In this document: piece after piece, positions 38,375-50,679 of the stretch
How positions within the stretch are numbered: position 1 is the first letter of the stretch
Layout of the letters: each line of letters starts with the position of its first letter
Assembly (NCBI GenBank): GCA_043228905.1
Contig: JBHGNT010000017.1
Location: forward strand, 6,014,001-6,078,000
Length of the DNA stretch: 64,000 nt
From: Azolla caroliniana
Taxonomy: Eukaryota; Plantae; Polypodiophyta
Direction of reading: 5' to 3'
The notes under the pieces: generated by a model
What the model saw: only the letters and a program-made list of their open reading frames with translations
What the model was told of the DNA's origin: nothing
The model's database searches: none
Program-made: the position numbers and the translations under genes

Positions 38375-40040
38375 TCTTCGAGTATTAATGGAGGAAAGTC
38401 GCCTTAGAGGTAAAGGTTTATATTGTTGCTTTGTAGACTTCAAGAAAGCTTTGGTATGGTACCTCGTGAGCATCTTTGGAGGCGAATGGAAGAACTTGAG
38501 GTGCCAAGTGAATATATGCTTGCAATTTCCCGAATTTATGAGAAGGTTATATGTTGTGTGCACATGAGAGATAAACTTTCAGATTTTTTCAAAAGCACTA
38601 TTGGTGTTAAGCAAGGATGCCCACTCTCACCAACACTATTTGGTCTATGCATTGATGAATTGGAAGAAATCGTTACCAAGTTTTCAAAGGAAGAATGTGT
38701 TGAAGAAGTTGCCATTGGGAATGTTGTGATTATGCTTTTGCTATATGCAGATGATGTACTGCTTTTTGCAAATACTTTAGGAGATGCACAAAAGCTTATG
38801 AAGGCATTGGAATTTTTTTGCATGCATACTAAATTAAGTGTCAATAGCTCTAAAACAAAGATTATGCTTGTGAAGAGCCAAAAAAGAGATAAACCATGCA
38901 TTATGTACAACAACGAGTCACTTGAATGTGTGGAAAGCTTCAAATATCTTGGCCTTGAAGTTCCTTCAAATCATAGATGGAATGAATGTGCTACACGTCG
39001 CTTAGAGGCGGGTAAGTGAGCATACTATGCATTTGAGAACACATGCAATCTTTGAGATATTAAGTGTTGGGTCCTCAAGAAATATCTTTTCGACACTTTG
39101 GTGACACCGGTTCTTCTCTATGGGGTGGAAGTATGGGGCGGTAGCATCCCTAAATCTATGTGGAAAGAGTTTGAAAATGTCCAAAAACATTTTCTTACAA
39201 AGTTTCTACAAGTTAAGAAACAAACGCCCTACACCCTCCTCCTTGAGACAGGATCGCTTCCCATTGAAATCATGGCCATGGAAAGGGTTGTTGAATACAT
39301 GCTTAAGGTTAAAAAAAGTCCCTCACATCGACTTCCTAGAATTGCGTGGGAAGCAAGCAAAAAGATCCAAAAGACGCATAAAAGCAAAATTTTGTGTTCC
39401 GGTTGGATGCAAGATATAGAAAAATGGTTTGGTAGATGGGATGCGAGACACTTGCTTCATGATGCATCATTAGATTCCTCTGTAAATGAGGCCTTCTTGC
39501 AACGCCAATGTATCATGACATGGGACAAATGTGGAGGCTCACGCTTCACACATTATACTACACATGTTGCACCTAACTACAAAACCATATTCTTTGCGGA
39601 ATAGGGAAATCGTACACATTGATACATGTTAGAGCCCATACCGTTATCTGCCATTCGAACCATTGCTTCCATGCCACTTAGCTCACATGCATTGCGATGT
39701 GAAATAGGGCATTGGGGCACAAGTGACGAGAGTGGTCGGCTATGCATAGTTTGCCCTAAACAAGTTCGCGAGTCTAAGTATCACACTTTGATACAATGCT
39801 CTGCCTTTGATCACATTCGACCATGCTTTCCAAATCTCTTCGACCGAGCCCAATCTTTGCATGAATTCCTCTCACAACCACAATGTGCACTCTCGATTGC
39901 AACATTCATTGGTAAAGTTCTTGAACATTGAGAGTCACTACTCACTTTCACACGTATCACGTGAAATGTAATATTTTTTGGTCTCATAGGTCATATTTGA
40001 CCTCCAAAGACGATAATATAATCTATCTATCTATATATCT
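38375..40040 (+). mobile_element. 5'-truncated non-LTR retrotransposon (RTE/RTE-X-like LINE)
   Basis: FVDFKKAF, GVKQGCPLSPTLF, LLYADD, FKYLG motifs; C-terminal CIVC...HTLIQC zinc finger; (TATC)n tail; inserted in a (CT)n tract; premature stops. Confidence 0.88.
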
Positions 40041-40693
40041 CTCGTTCGGTTGTCTCCAAAAACACTCCGGTCGGTGTCACAGACTTTGTTACCCGTTCCT
40101 TTGGGTGAACACCTTCGATAGACCTGTGACTATCGGTATCTAAGGGCATGGTACATGAAGGCTCGTAACAGAGGCGTCGTGAGGGAGAAAATGATCAGAG
40201 ATAAAACACTAGCGAGATCTTGATAGGCGTGGGCGGCGCTGAAATCATAAGTATGAGCCAAAGCACAGACACATGGAGCAAAATGTGCACAAATGAGATA
40301 TATTACTGCAACACCAAAAGGATTACAGAACACGGCCTACGGCCGGTGACCTTACAGGATTATCTAGTTACGATGGACTAAGCTAGTGCTTCCGCCTATA
40401 TTTTTCTCCCCCCCCCTCTCTGAGGTACTCGACCTTGTTTAAATAACGTTTCCCCTAATACACCGCCGAGCCATCGGTGGCCCGTGATACTCGGACTCGG
40501 CGCTCGCTGGCGTTCTTTCCTACTCGGTTACACTACCGCCATTTGCTAATTTGCTAATTTTACATTTCTGTCCTCTGGACAACACCTGGCACGCCCGTGG
40601 GACAGGACCTTGTCCGTCGGACCCACGACTTACAAAATACTAACAACGTTACAAAAATTGCCTTTAGGCGTGATCCTCCTTTCATTCCTCTTC

Positions 40694-41351
40694 TCAGATG
40701 TCGAGGATGTTTTCGGGGTCCGGGGTGGTGGCAGGGTGGTCTGGTTGGACTGTCGGTGCGGGGGGTTGAGTTTGGTCCGAGGGTGTCATATCCTCTCGGG
40801 CGTCCGTCTCAGGTGCGACCGATTCTTCTGGTGGTGGTGTGGGTTCGAGGGCGCTGACCTCTACTTTGACTGGATCTGGTACCGTGTGGGCGTCCTCAGG
40901 AGGTCTGTTGGCTGGGGCGAGTTCCTCCTTCGCCTGTGATGATTCCCCAATCGACTCTGTTTCCTTCATACGCGCTGATGATGATGGCTGCCTTGTTCTG
41001 CGGCATGCTTGTCGGGTTCGTATGCACGAACGCATACTCCATCAATATACGAGCAATCTCCCCGAAAGCTCTATTGGGACCGCCATACGTGCGATATGCC
41101 TTCCCTAAGGCTGAGTACTGACCGAAGTACTCTTTCAGCTTCGATGCCGGGGGTATGTTGACCTCATGGTCCCCTCCCCGTTGTAGGTCCAAAGCAGCCC
41201 GAAGCACGTTGTTGGTGATGGCTTCGAGACAAATACGTTTAGCCACTCCTTGGGCATCTGGGTGCGCGGGGGCATCGATGATCTTCAGGAAACCACCCAT
41301 TCCTCGTTCCTAGAGCCAGGTGCAGGTTTCTGTTGAAGCGGTAAGAGGCAT
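40694..41351 (-). pseudogene. Extra sense ORF between INT and the 3' LTR (env-like position), disrupted
   Basis: ATG 41351, in-frame TAG at 41310-41312, continues MGGFLKII...NRVDWGII, then a Pro/Glu-rich tail in another frame. Confidence 0.6.
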
Positions 41352-41862
41352 GGTGGAGATGGAGACAGGGTTTGACTGTGTGGAAGAGTGAGGAAGAGTG
41401 ATGAGGCGAGGGTGAGATAGAGGAGGAACATCAGGAAGGGGAAGCTCGGTAGAGGGGCTATGAAAGAGGGCTTGAGAGCAAGAGCGTTTAGAGCTATGAG
41501 AGCGAGAAGGGGCTTTTGAGCTTGAGAGTGATGGAGGTTGGAAGCGATAATGAACTTCTATGTATGTGTTGCGTTTTGGAAACGGTTTTAGTAACTTACT
41601 CCTAGGGTTTTGTGCCCGAAGCGAATCCTGAAGATTCTGAGTCGTGGGTGCCATAATAAGTGACTAGCGCCACGTGTCCTGAAGGTGAGTGGGGTGCTTC
41701 GAGTGCTTTGCATGTGCTTAAATAGGTACTAAATGAGAGGTGGCTAAGGGGTGCTCCTAAATTGTGGGTGCCTAGGTGGGTGGTGTAGGTGTAGCTAATC
41801 GGCGGCTAAACTATGGTTAATCCTACCTACTTATTAATTTCAAAAAGGTGGGTGAGTCCTTA

Positions 41863-44800
41863 TTAAGGGGGACACGTGGCCTCCTTCGTGGTGGTCTCCC
41901 GAAACTCGTTTGTGCCGTGTGGCTCGGTAAACGGGTTGGGTGGTGTAGTGCCTCGATATGGTTGAAGTCGAAAACCATTGGCCCAGCTTTTGACAGTGTC
42001 GCCGGCGAGTGTGCCGAGCTGGAACGTCCCGTTGAACTTGTCAATAATCCAGAATGGACTGGTCCACTGAAATCTTAATTTTCCCGGCATTGACCCGAGT
42101 CATGTTTGAAAAAGAAGAACCGGTTTGCCGATGGTGAGCTCCTTCTCCAGCTCGTTTCGATGTCGATCCACGAAAGCCTTGCGTTGTCGTTGGCGTAGTT
42201 CGAGCTGGGCCATACTCTCTATCCTGTCTTCGCCGAGTTCGAGGAGTTGTTCCAGCCGGTATTGCTTGGATTGGGCCTCGGGGAGCCGTGCTTTGACTTG
42301 AACTCGGAGGTTCGGGACTTGGAACTCGACGGGCATTATGGCTTCTAACCCGAACGCCATTCGAAAGGGGGTTGATTGGATGCTTGTTTTGAAAGTCGTA
42401 CGATACACCCACAACGTGCTCTGGAGTTTGTCATCCCAATCGGTCCTGTTTTCATTGACGATTTTTTTCAGTATGGTTTGGAGGATTTTATTGGTCGATT
42501 CCGCCAAGCCGTTCGCCTGCGGGTAGTATGGTGTGCTTTTCTTGTGCACCACCGTGTAGTGGTGTGTAAGCTCACGTATTATATGATTGATGAAGTGCCC
42601 ACCTTGGTCACTAACGAGCTCGATTGGGCATCCGTAACGGCACCAAAGATGCTCGTACACGAATTTAGCCGTGGATGCCGCCGTGTTGTCTCGGAGTGCC
42701 TTAGCCTCGACCCATTTGGTGCAGTAGTTCGTGGCAACGATAATATACCTATTCCCTATACGGGCCGCAGGTGGTTTGAAAGGGCCTACAAAATCCAAAT
42801 CCCATTTTTGAAATGGGTCCAACGGGAGAATCGGTTGGTGTGGCATCCGTGATTGTTCCATTGGTTGCCCCAATCGTTGGCACAAATCGCACTGTCGGCA
42901 AAACTCGTGAGCATCTTTCTTCGTTGTCGGCCACCACAATCCGCTTTGCCAAACCTTCCTTGCCGTGGAATCCCCGGCGTAATGTCCCCTCGCTACTCCC
43001 TGGTGGGCCTCCTGAAGAACGACGTTCTTCTCGAAATGCCGAATCGCTCGGCGCCATATGCCGTCCGAGCCTTTGTGGTAAAGAATGTCCAAGACGAGGC
43101 AAAAATTCCAGCTGCGTACTGCTAGGCGTTTCCTCGCGTCAAGGGGCATGTGCTTGGGAGGTAGGCCGGTACTGAGAAAATGGGTCATCTTAGTGACCCA
43201 TTCATCTTCGTTATCATTTGGCATCGTGGTTAGGTTAAATAAGCTAGCATCCGGTAAATCATCGTACGTTTTTTCTGCCGGTTCCCCTGATTCAAGACGG
43301 CTCAAGTAGTCGGCGACGGCGTGTTGGACCCCGGGTCAATGCTGAATCTGGAAATCAAATTCTTGGAGTAGGAGCATCCACCGAGCCAACCGTCCAGTGA
43401 GGGCTTGTTTATTAACCAAATAAAGAAGGGCCAAGTGATCCACGTGAAAGGTAAACTTCCGACCCAAGAGGTAATGCCGGAATTTATTGATGCTATAAAT
43501 CATACCGAGGGCCTCCCGCTTGGTGGTGGAGTAATTCTTTTCCGCGGTCGAGAGCCGTCAGCTGGCGTAGTACGCGGGCCTATACCAATTCAGGGGTGTG
43601 CATTGCATCAGGGCACTTCCGATGGCGATGTCCGAAGCATCTACGAAGACATGAAACGGTTCGGACCAAACTGGAGGCTGGACCACCGGGGCATGTGAGA
43701 GCATTAGTTTCAGGGTCTAATAGGCCGTGTCCTCGATTGACGTCCATTGGAAGGGAAGGCGATGGACTGCCTCGTGTAAAGGTGTCGCGAAATCGGCCAG
43801 GTGTCATATCATTCGGTTGTGCCACCGGATCTGTCCCAAAAATCGGCTTAGTGCCTTAGCGTTTGAGGGTGCGGAGGCGGTCAAGATGGCCTTTACTTTA
43901 TCTAGGTCCATAGCGATGCCTTCTTGACTGACAATGTGGCCGAGAAGGTTGCCGCTGGTGACTAAGAATGCGCATTTCACCGGGTTTAAGCTTAATCGAG
44001 CCTGGCGACATCGGTCCAAACAGAGTCGCAGCTGGGTCATGTGTTCCCGTTGATGGCCATACATGGCAAAATCGTCAAGAAAGACTTGCATGAACGCCGG
44101 GATGTAGTCGTGAAAGATTTCGGTGATGATGCGCTGGAACGTAGCCGACGCCGTTTTTAGACCGAACATCATTACCTCTGCCACAAAAACACCCCATTCC
44201 GTGACGAATGCGGTTTTCTCCTGATCCTCCAGGTGCATTCTTATCTGGTTATAGCCGTTGAACCCGTCAAGGAAACTGTAGCATTCATGGCCTGCCACCG
44301 TGTCGAGGACGCTGTCCGTGAACGGGAGAGGGAACCCGTCGGTCACCGTGGCCGCGTTAAGCTTCCGATAGTTGACGTAGACTCGGATTTTTCCGTTCTT
44401 CTTTGGGAAGACTATGATCGGGCTTAACCACGTGGCTCATTTGACAGGGCGAATGAAACCAACTCGGAGTAGTTTGTCGATTTCCTCTTTGACTTTAGTG
44501 GCGTAGTTGGGGTTCATCCTGTAGCACCTTTGTTGAACCGGCCGAGTGTCGGGTAAGAGGTGGATTTGATGTTGGTAGTATTGAGGGTCCATCCCCTTCA
44601 TATCGGTGTAAGACCAAGCGAAAACATCTTGGTAGTTGGTGAGCAATCGTACGAGGGATGCCCGTTCCCCGGTTGGTAGATTATTGGCAATTTGTAACGT
44701 ACGAGGATTCTCGTCCGAGCCGAGGTTTATCGTTTCCAGTGTTGATGCTTTGACCCGTTGTGAAATGGCGAGCTCGCATCCGCAACTGTGGTTGGATTCG

Positions 44801-47102
44801 GTTCATCTTGGGGCATGGATTCCTCTGTGACGTCTTCGTCTTTAGGTGGCTCGATGGTTGGTATGGCGTTGATTTCGAAGAGTGGGATGATCGTGGGATG
44901 ATCATCTAGGAAGTCATCGACCTCCTCATCGGCCAAACCGTCGAGCATATGGACCGCCTCCGCGTATAACGGCAAAGCGTTGAGGACGGCGGGGACGCGT
45001 TCTTCCGTGATAATTTGGACCTTTGTCTTGCCTCGTCGGAACGAGATCATGTTGCGTTGCCAATGCTGCTTGATATTCGTTGTACGCAACCATGGTCTAC
45101 CTAGTAACATTGGGTAGGTGCCTTGTGTCTCCAGTCTTAGCACGACGACCGAGATTGTGAACATGTGGCTTCCGAGTGTGAAGTCGAGGTGGCGGATTAA
45201 ACCAATGGGGCGAATGGAGCGGGTGTCGGCCATCCGAAGCCAAAAGGGGCATGGTTCCCATTGATTCAGGCCGAGGTTGTGACACGTTGACTTGCTAATA
45301 ACGTTTACGCCGGATCCGCCGTCGATGATGCATCCGTGCAGGTCCTGTCCCTTAATGATGATTCACACAGCTGGGTTCTGAGAATCCATGAGTGGTGGAC
45401 CCGTTCTTGCTTTGGTGAGGTGTACCGGTGGCGTCACGGGCTTAGTATTGGCCTAGAGTGCCGCCAGGGTGTCCCGAAATCTCGGCATGAGTGGTAATAG
45501 TTTATGTAGGGGCAGCGAGATGTGGGAGTTGGTAAGAACATCCCATAGTTGGTCGTCCTTTGACGACGTGGATGGTACTGAGATTTGTGGTGCTCCACTG
45601 GGCCCGTCTCTCATGTCAGTTTGCATGCGCACGACATTATTTTTATTGGCCGTGTCGATCCATTATTTTGCTGCCTGACGGACTTCATCCTGGATTTGCC
45701 ACTGTGTAGTCTGCGCTTTACTCTGGGTAGTGACGGTTTGAACATCGGCCATGATACTGTTCACCGCGGGTGCCTTGCCATGGTCGGTTGTTGGACATTG
45801 CGTGGCGTAGTGGCCTGGTTGGTTACATTTAAAACACGTAATGTTGGCCGAGCTGCTGGTGTCCGCTCGGTCTGTGTGTGGAAGCTGTTGCTGTTGATTC
45901 CCAGTCTCGTTTGGTGGTGGGTTGGTCCGAGGTGCGTTGGAGTTGCGCTGGTCATTTTGAGGAGTGTCCCGTCGGCGGTTGTCGTTATGTCTTCTATTGT
46001 TGCGTGAGTTGCGGTTGCCGTTTCGCCAATCAATGCGTGAGTTCCGTTAGTCATACCGGTCATTGCGATCGTCATCATATCGAGCATAATCGTCGTGCTG
46101 GTCATCGCGATAGTGATCACGGCGGTCATCATGTCGATAGTCGTTGTCTCGGCGCCGTCGATCCGGGGATCGTGGTCGGTCGTTATCCTGGTCTCGGTAG
46201 GCATATCGCTCGTCCTGCCGAGAGTATGTATTTCTTGGCTCGATCTGGCGGACCAGTGCCGCCGTTGTGCGGTTCAACATATTATATTCGCACTGCTCGA
46301 CAGTGTGAGCTCGAGACTGACAGATCGGACACTGTGGTCGGTGGGGACATTTGAGGGCTAGGTGCCCTGATCTTGAACACGCCGTGCATTGGAGAGCTTG
46401 GCGAAAGCGATTGTCTTCTTGGGGAAGAGCGTTTTGTAAGGATGTCATCGAGAAGGCCGCGTCGTGCTGGGTCCGATCGAGGGCGAGAACCCGCACTATG
46501 ACTTGTTCGATAGTATGGTTGGCGAAATTTGTAAGTGCGAGAGTCGTTCACAGAGGCTCTCGTAAACTGGACAGGAAAGAGTTCGGTATATGTTGTGCCG
46601 AGACATCATCGGCCACTTGTTTGTAGAGATCCTGGAACCAGATCGTGAACTGCGCGACCGTTTCGTGCGGTTCTTGGCATATAGAGAAGAATTGCCGGAG
46701 CAGTTCCCGTTTAGGCACCTCGCGATGAAAAAGTTCAAGGAACTTTGTGCGCACGATTTGGAAAGTGGTGGCCTCTCCTATTTCGAGGCGAGAGTACCAT
46801 CGTGCAGCCGGTCCATCGAGGGAGAGTGTGAACTCGGCAGTCTTTGAGGCATCGATTTCGGCCGGCGTGAGGCGGTGCGTTGAGTGGTTGGCCTGCCACG
46901 TGGATATGAAGGCACGGATGTGTGACTCTGTGTCTGGTCCGTCGGTGTATCGTGGGTATGGGTACAACATGATGTCGTACTCTGGGTCTTCTGGTAGCAC
47001 CAAGAAAGGGTTTAGTTCCGGTTGATTGACCTCCAGAGGGCTCGACGGGGGTTTTGGTGGTGAATCAACTCGCGATCGAGTGTCCGGTGGCGAGGATTGC
47101 AC
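41863..47102 (-). pseudogene. Athila-like gag-pol, disrupted
   Basis: Gag with three CCHC knuckles; PR IIDGGSGVNV near 45310; RT DVFAWSY, YSFLDGFNGYNQI, VFLDDF; WMLLLQEFDF...ADYLSRLE; INT DFVGPF, SDQGGHF, YYPQANGLAESTNK. Confidence 0.92.
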
Positions 47103-47872
47103 TGGAGAAGCCTCCGATTGCTCGGGAAAGGATTGGTCAGTGACCGCCGAGTCGGAAGTTCCTTCGACTGGCTTAGGGCGTCGGGCAGGTGGCCGAGACC
47201 TCGTGGTGCGAGAGGGCGCTGTAACGGCGGCTGGTGGTTACCTTCAACGAAGTTCACTGTGCACTCACAGCTGTAACCAGGCGTGCCAAATTGTTTTACC
47301 TGTTCCTTTGAGTGAACACCTTCGATAGACCTGCGGCTATCGGTATCTAAGGGCGTGGTACGTGAAGGCTCGTAACAGAGGTGTCGTGAGGGAGAAAATG
47401 ATAAGAGATAAAACACTAGCGAGATCTTGATAGGCGTGGGCGGCGCTGAAATCATAAGTATGAGCCAAAGCACAGACACATGGAGCAAAATGTGCACAAA
47501 TGAGATATATTACTGCAACACCAAAAGGATTACAGAACTCGGCCTACGGCCGGTGACCTTACAGGATTATCTAGTTATGATGGACTAAGCTAGTGCTTCC
47601 GCCTATATTTTTCTCCCCCCCCTCTCTAAGGTACTCGACCTTGTTTAAATAACGTTTCCCCTAATACACCGCCGAGCCATCGGTGGCCCGTGATACTCGG
47701 ACTCGGCGCTCGCTGGCGTTCTTTCCTACTCGGTTACACTACCGCTGTTTGCTAATTTGCTAATTTTACATTTCTGTCCTCTGGACAACAACCTTTGTAA
47801 CCGGTGACGGCGAAGCTTGGTCTCTTGGCATCCATCTCTTCCTGGTTGGAGACCCCGTTGGTCCCGCCCCGT

Positions 47873-49869
47873 TGTCGCGAAGTTTCGCGCGCGCGTGTTA
47901 CTTGGGGGGGACCACGGGGGTCTTGGACTAGGGAGTACTCAAGGGATAGAGAAGACCCGAGGTTTTCTTTACAACAATACTACTTCCCGACCCCTTCCTG
48001 AGCAAGGTCTTGTTGCCCTTTGTTTTGTGAGGCCGGTGGCTCTCGTTGATCACGACTCATCGACCTTTCGAGATCACCGCATGAGCCAAGTGATCAAACG
48101 GGTACAAGCAAGATGAGCACGCAAGATGAACGCACAAGGGGACGATAACACAAACACGAATGCCCGTACGTCTTTATGAGGAGGAGAGGTGCATGGGCAC
48201 GTCCGAATGCTCCCTCGTCACAAGACGTCGAACATACGAGGAAGACACAAAACACGCACAAATGCTAGTACGTCTTTATGAGGAGGTGGGGTGCATGGGC
48301 ACGCCCGAAACGCTCCCTCGTCACAAGACGACCGAACGTACAAGGAAGACACAAACACAAAATGCTCATACGCCTTTATGAGGAGGAGAGGTGCATGGGT
48401 AAGCCCGAACACTCCCTCGTCACGAGACGACCGAATGTACAAGGAAGACACAAACACATGCACAAAATGCTCGTACGCCTTTATGAGGAGGAGAGGTGCA
48501 TGGACAAGCCCGAAACGGTCCCTTGTCATAAGACGACTGAACGTACAAGGAAGACACAAACACACACACAAATGCTCGTACGTCTTTATGAGGATGAGAG
48601 GTGCATGGGCATGCACGAAATGCTCCCTCGTCACAAGACGATCGAACATACAAGGAAGACATAAACACACACACACAAATGCTCGTACGTCTTTATGAGG
48701 AGGAGAGGTGCATGGGCACGCTCGAAGGGCTCCCTCGTCATAAGACGGCCAAACGTACAAGGAAGACACAAACACACGCACAAATGCTCGTACGCCTTCA
48801 TGAGGAGGAGAGGTGCATGGGCAAGCCCGAAACGGTCCCTCGTCACAAGACGGCCGAATGTACAAGGAAGACACAAACACATGCACAAATGCTCGTACAT
48901 CTTTATGAGGAGGAGAGGTGCATGTGCACACTCGAAGGGCTCCCTCATCACAAGATGGCCGAACGTACAAGGAAGACACGAACAAAGAAAAGAAGGAAAG
49001 AAAGAAACACGAATGATATCGGCCAAAGAAATAAATACGTGTTCGATTCCAACGCAAGAGGACCCTTTATAAAATAGGGTTTGATTACAATGGCAACTTA
49101 TAGTTAACCACAAGCTCAATCAAAACATAAATACTAAATGCCCTTAGAGACAAGAGCAAATCCGAACACGGCGAAGATGAACACACGAGCACCACCAAAA
49201 TGTCAATCCCAACGAACCACGACCACCCGAACGGCGAGCACACGGGCTCGCAACGATGAACGGGGCGGAGCAACGTCGAACCAACGAAGCTTGGGCTCAC
49301 GAGCACTTCGAGTGCCGACGCGAAGAAGACGAGCACGTGGCGGTGGGGGGATGCAGGGGTATGAGATGAAGAGAAGTGGTGAATAAGAAGATGAAGAGCT
49401 CCGAAAGAAAATTGGCGATAGTCTCCTCCTCCCAAAACGTCCTCCCAAATGAGCCCCCCTGGACCTCCTTTTATAGGAAAAAGGGAAGGGGGGTCGCCAA
49501 TTTCGTCTTTAATGCAAAAAAGGAATAAAATTCCTTAAATCACGTTGCACTATAATACTAGATTTGAAACGTGCACCTCTAACTAGAAGTCAATGTGACT
49601 ATCAACTAGCCCATTAACTCTCTCTTATATAATATATGATTCTATCTCTATAAATTCATAGCATCTCTCCCCTCTACCTTTTATCTCTCCTCTCTCTTAC
49701 TTTTTACACGAGCTTCCATGCATCCTTTCCACCCTTTCCTTTCCCTTTCCTTTTTTCATGTGCACAATTAATCACCCTTGTGTGCACACACATTGCACAT
49801 GCACATTTTGACCCCCTCCCTTCCCCTTTCGCCGGTTTTTCCCACTCTCGAGCACGCCACATCACGACA
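47873..49869 (-). mobile_element. Solo LTR (about 2.0 kb) inserted near the 3' end of the LTR of element C
   Basis: TGTCGCGA...TCACGACA termini; TSD CCGT/TCGT; removing it restores an LTR end homologous to 21151-21195; TATA-like CCTATAAAAGG on minus near 49470. Confidence 0.85.
48140..48985. repeat. Tandem array, 8 units of 100-107 bp
   Basis: Core GAGGTGCATGGGC at about 48186, 48288, 48388, 48493, 48598, 48705, 48810, 48915. Confidence 0.92.
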
Positions 49870-50679
49870 TCGTTTCGACAAGTATACGCGGACAACCACG
49901 ACATCTTTGGTGAACCCGACGTGAAAGGGGTGGCAAGGGAGGATGGAGTTCGAAGATGAAGACTTCGCAGAGATGATGACGAAAGTAGTGGTGGAGTTTG
50001 GACGAGTGATGATGAGACTAGAAGCGGTACAACAAGTTGTCGAGTGCGTGGCCGATTGAGTCGACCGCTTCAATGGGGACAAAGTTCCATCCTATTTGGA
50101 AGCCTACAACGTGGAAATGGCGGTGCGAGACATAGATGAGGTGTTGAGGTTGGAGTTCTTCTGTCGAGTGGTAGCCATCCGGATGCACGCAAATGTAAAG
50201 GGGCTTTGAGAAGCTCATAGTTCGTGGGAGGCCTTCGAAGAGGCACTCCTAGAGGCATACAGAGGGCGGCCGAAAAGTCGGGGTCGGTGCGACTTCGACC
50301 TATGGGTGGCATTGACGAAGACCCACCGGGCTGCAGTGAAGGTGTTCTCGTAGTTCGAGCGGCGCTTAGAGTAGGAGCAAAGACTGCTGGCGGTGGATAA
50401 AGTCTTGTTGTTCATGAAGTCAATTGACTGGAAGGAACGGATGACCATTGGGCTCGAGCTTGAGAACGACGACAGAGCGAGTGGCCTCACCAAGGACTGG
50501 TCGGAAGTCGAAAGAGTATGCCGACGATTGGATAGGGAGCAGTCGGGACCTTTACCGGCCGTGGTGCAGCCAATGAATGGTCAAGTGAGGATGATGCTTG
50601 ACGGTGTGTGTTACGAGCATGACCATGTAATATCCCATGGTGAGAATTTACCGTAGTATTCTATACACGTGGATAAGTG

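Larger units (their letters stand above)
40087..47790 (-). mobile_element. Athila-like (OTA clade) Ty3/Gypsy element with an extra 3' ORF and PBS-like sites at both ends
   Basis: Direct LTRs 40087-40584 and 47292-47790, about a dozen substitutions by eye; probable TSD ACTT/ACCT; gag-PR-RT-RH-INT on minus with no additional RNase H seen. Confidence 0.9.
37596..50600 (+). mobile_element. Gypsy element C (Phygy/Selgy-like): 5' LTR 37596-49903 split by three insertions, Trp PBS, truncated gag
   Basis: TGTCGTG start and ...CCACGACA end at 49903; PBS TGGTGAACCCGACGTGAA 49908-49925; gag from ATG 49943 (DRFNGDKV...DKVLLFMK...GLTKDW) homologous to gag of elements A and B. Confidence 0.82.

Noticed and set aside
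48140-48985. CRISPR-like or hammerhead-like reading of the ~105-bp arrays (also 16545-17270)
   Set aside because: The sequences between cores are homologous, not unique spacers, and there are no cas genes. The GGGCAAGCCC-GAAAC hairpin lacks the upstream CUGANGA core.
48218-49119. Long ORFs in several frames across the tandem array
   Set aside because: By-product of a stop-poor repeat; unit lengths vary and often break frame.
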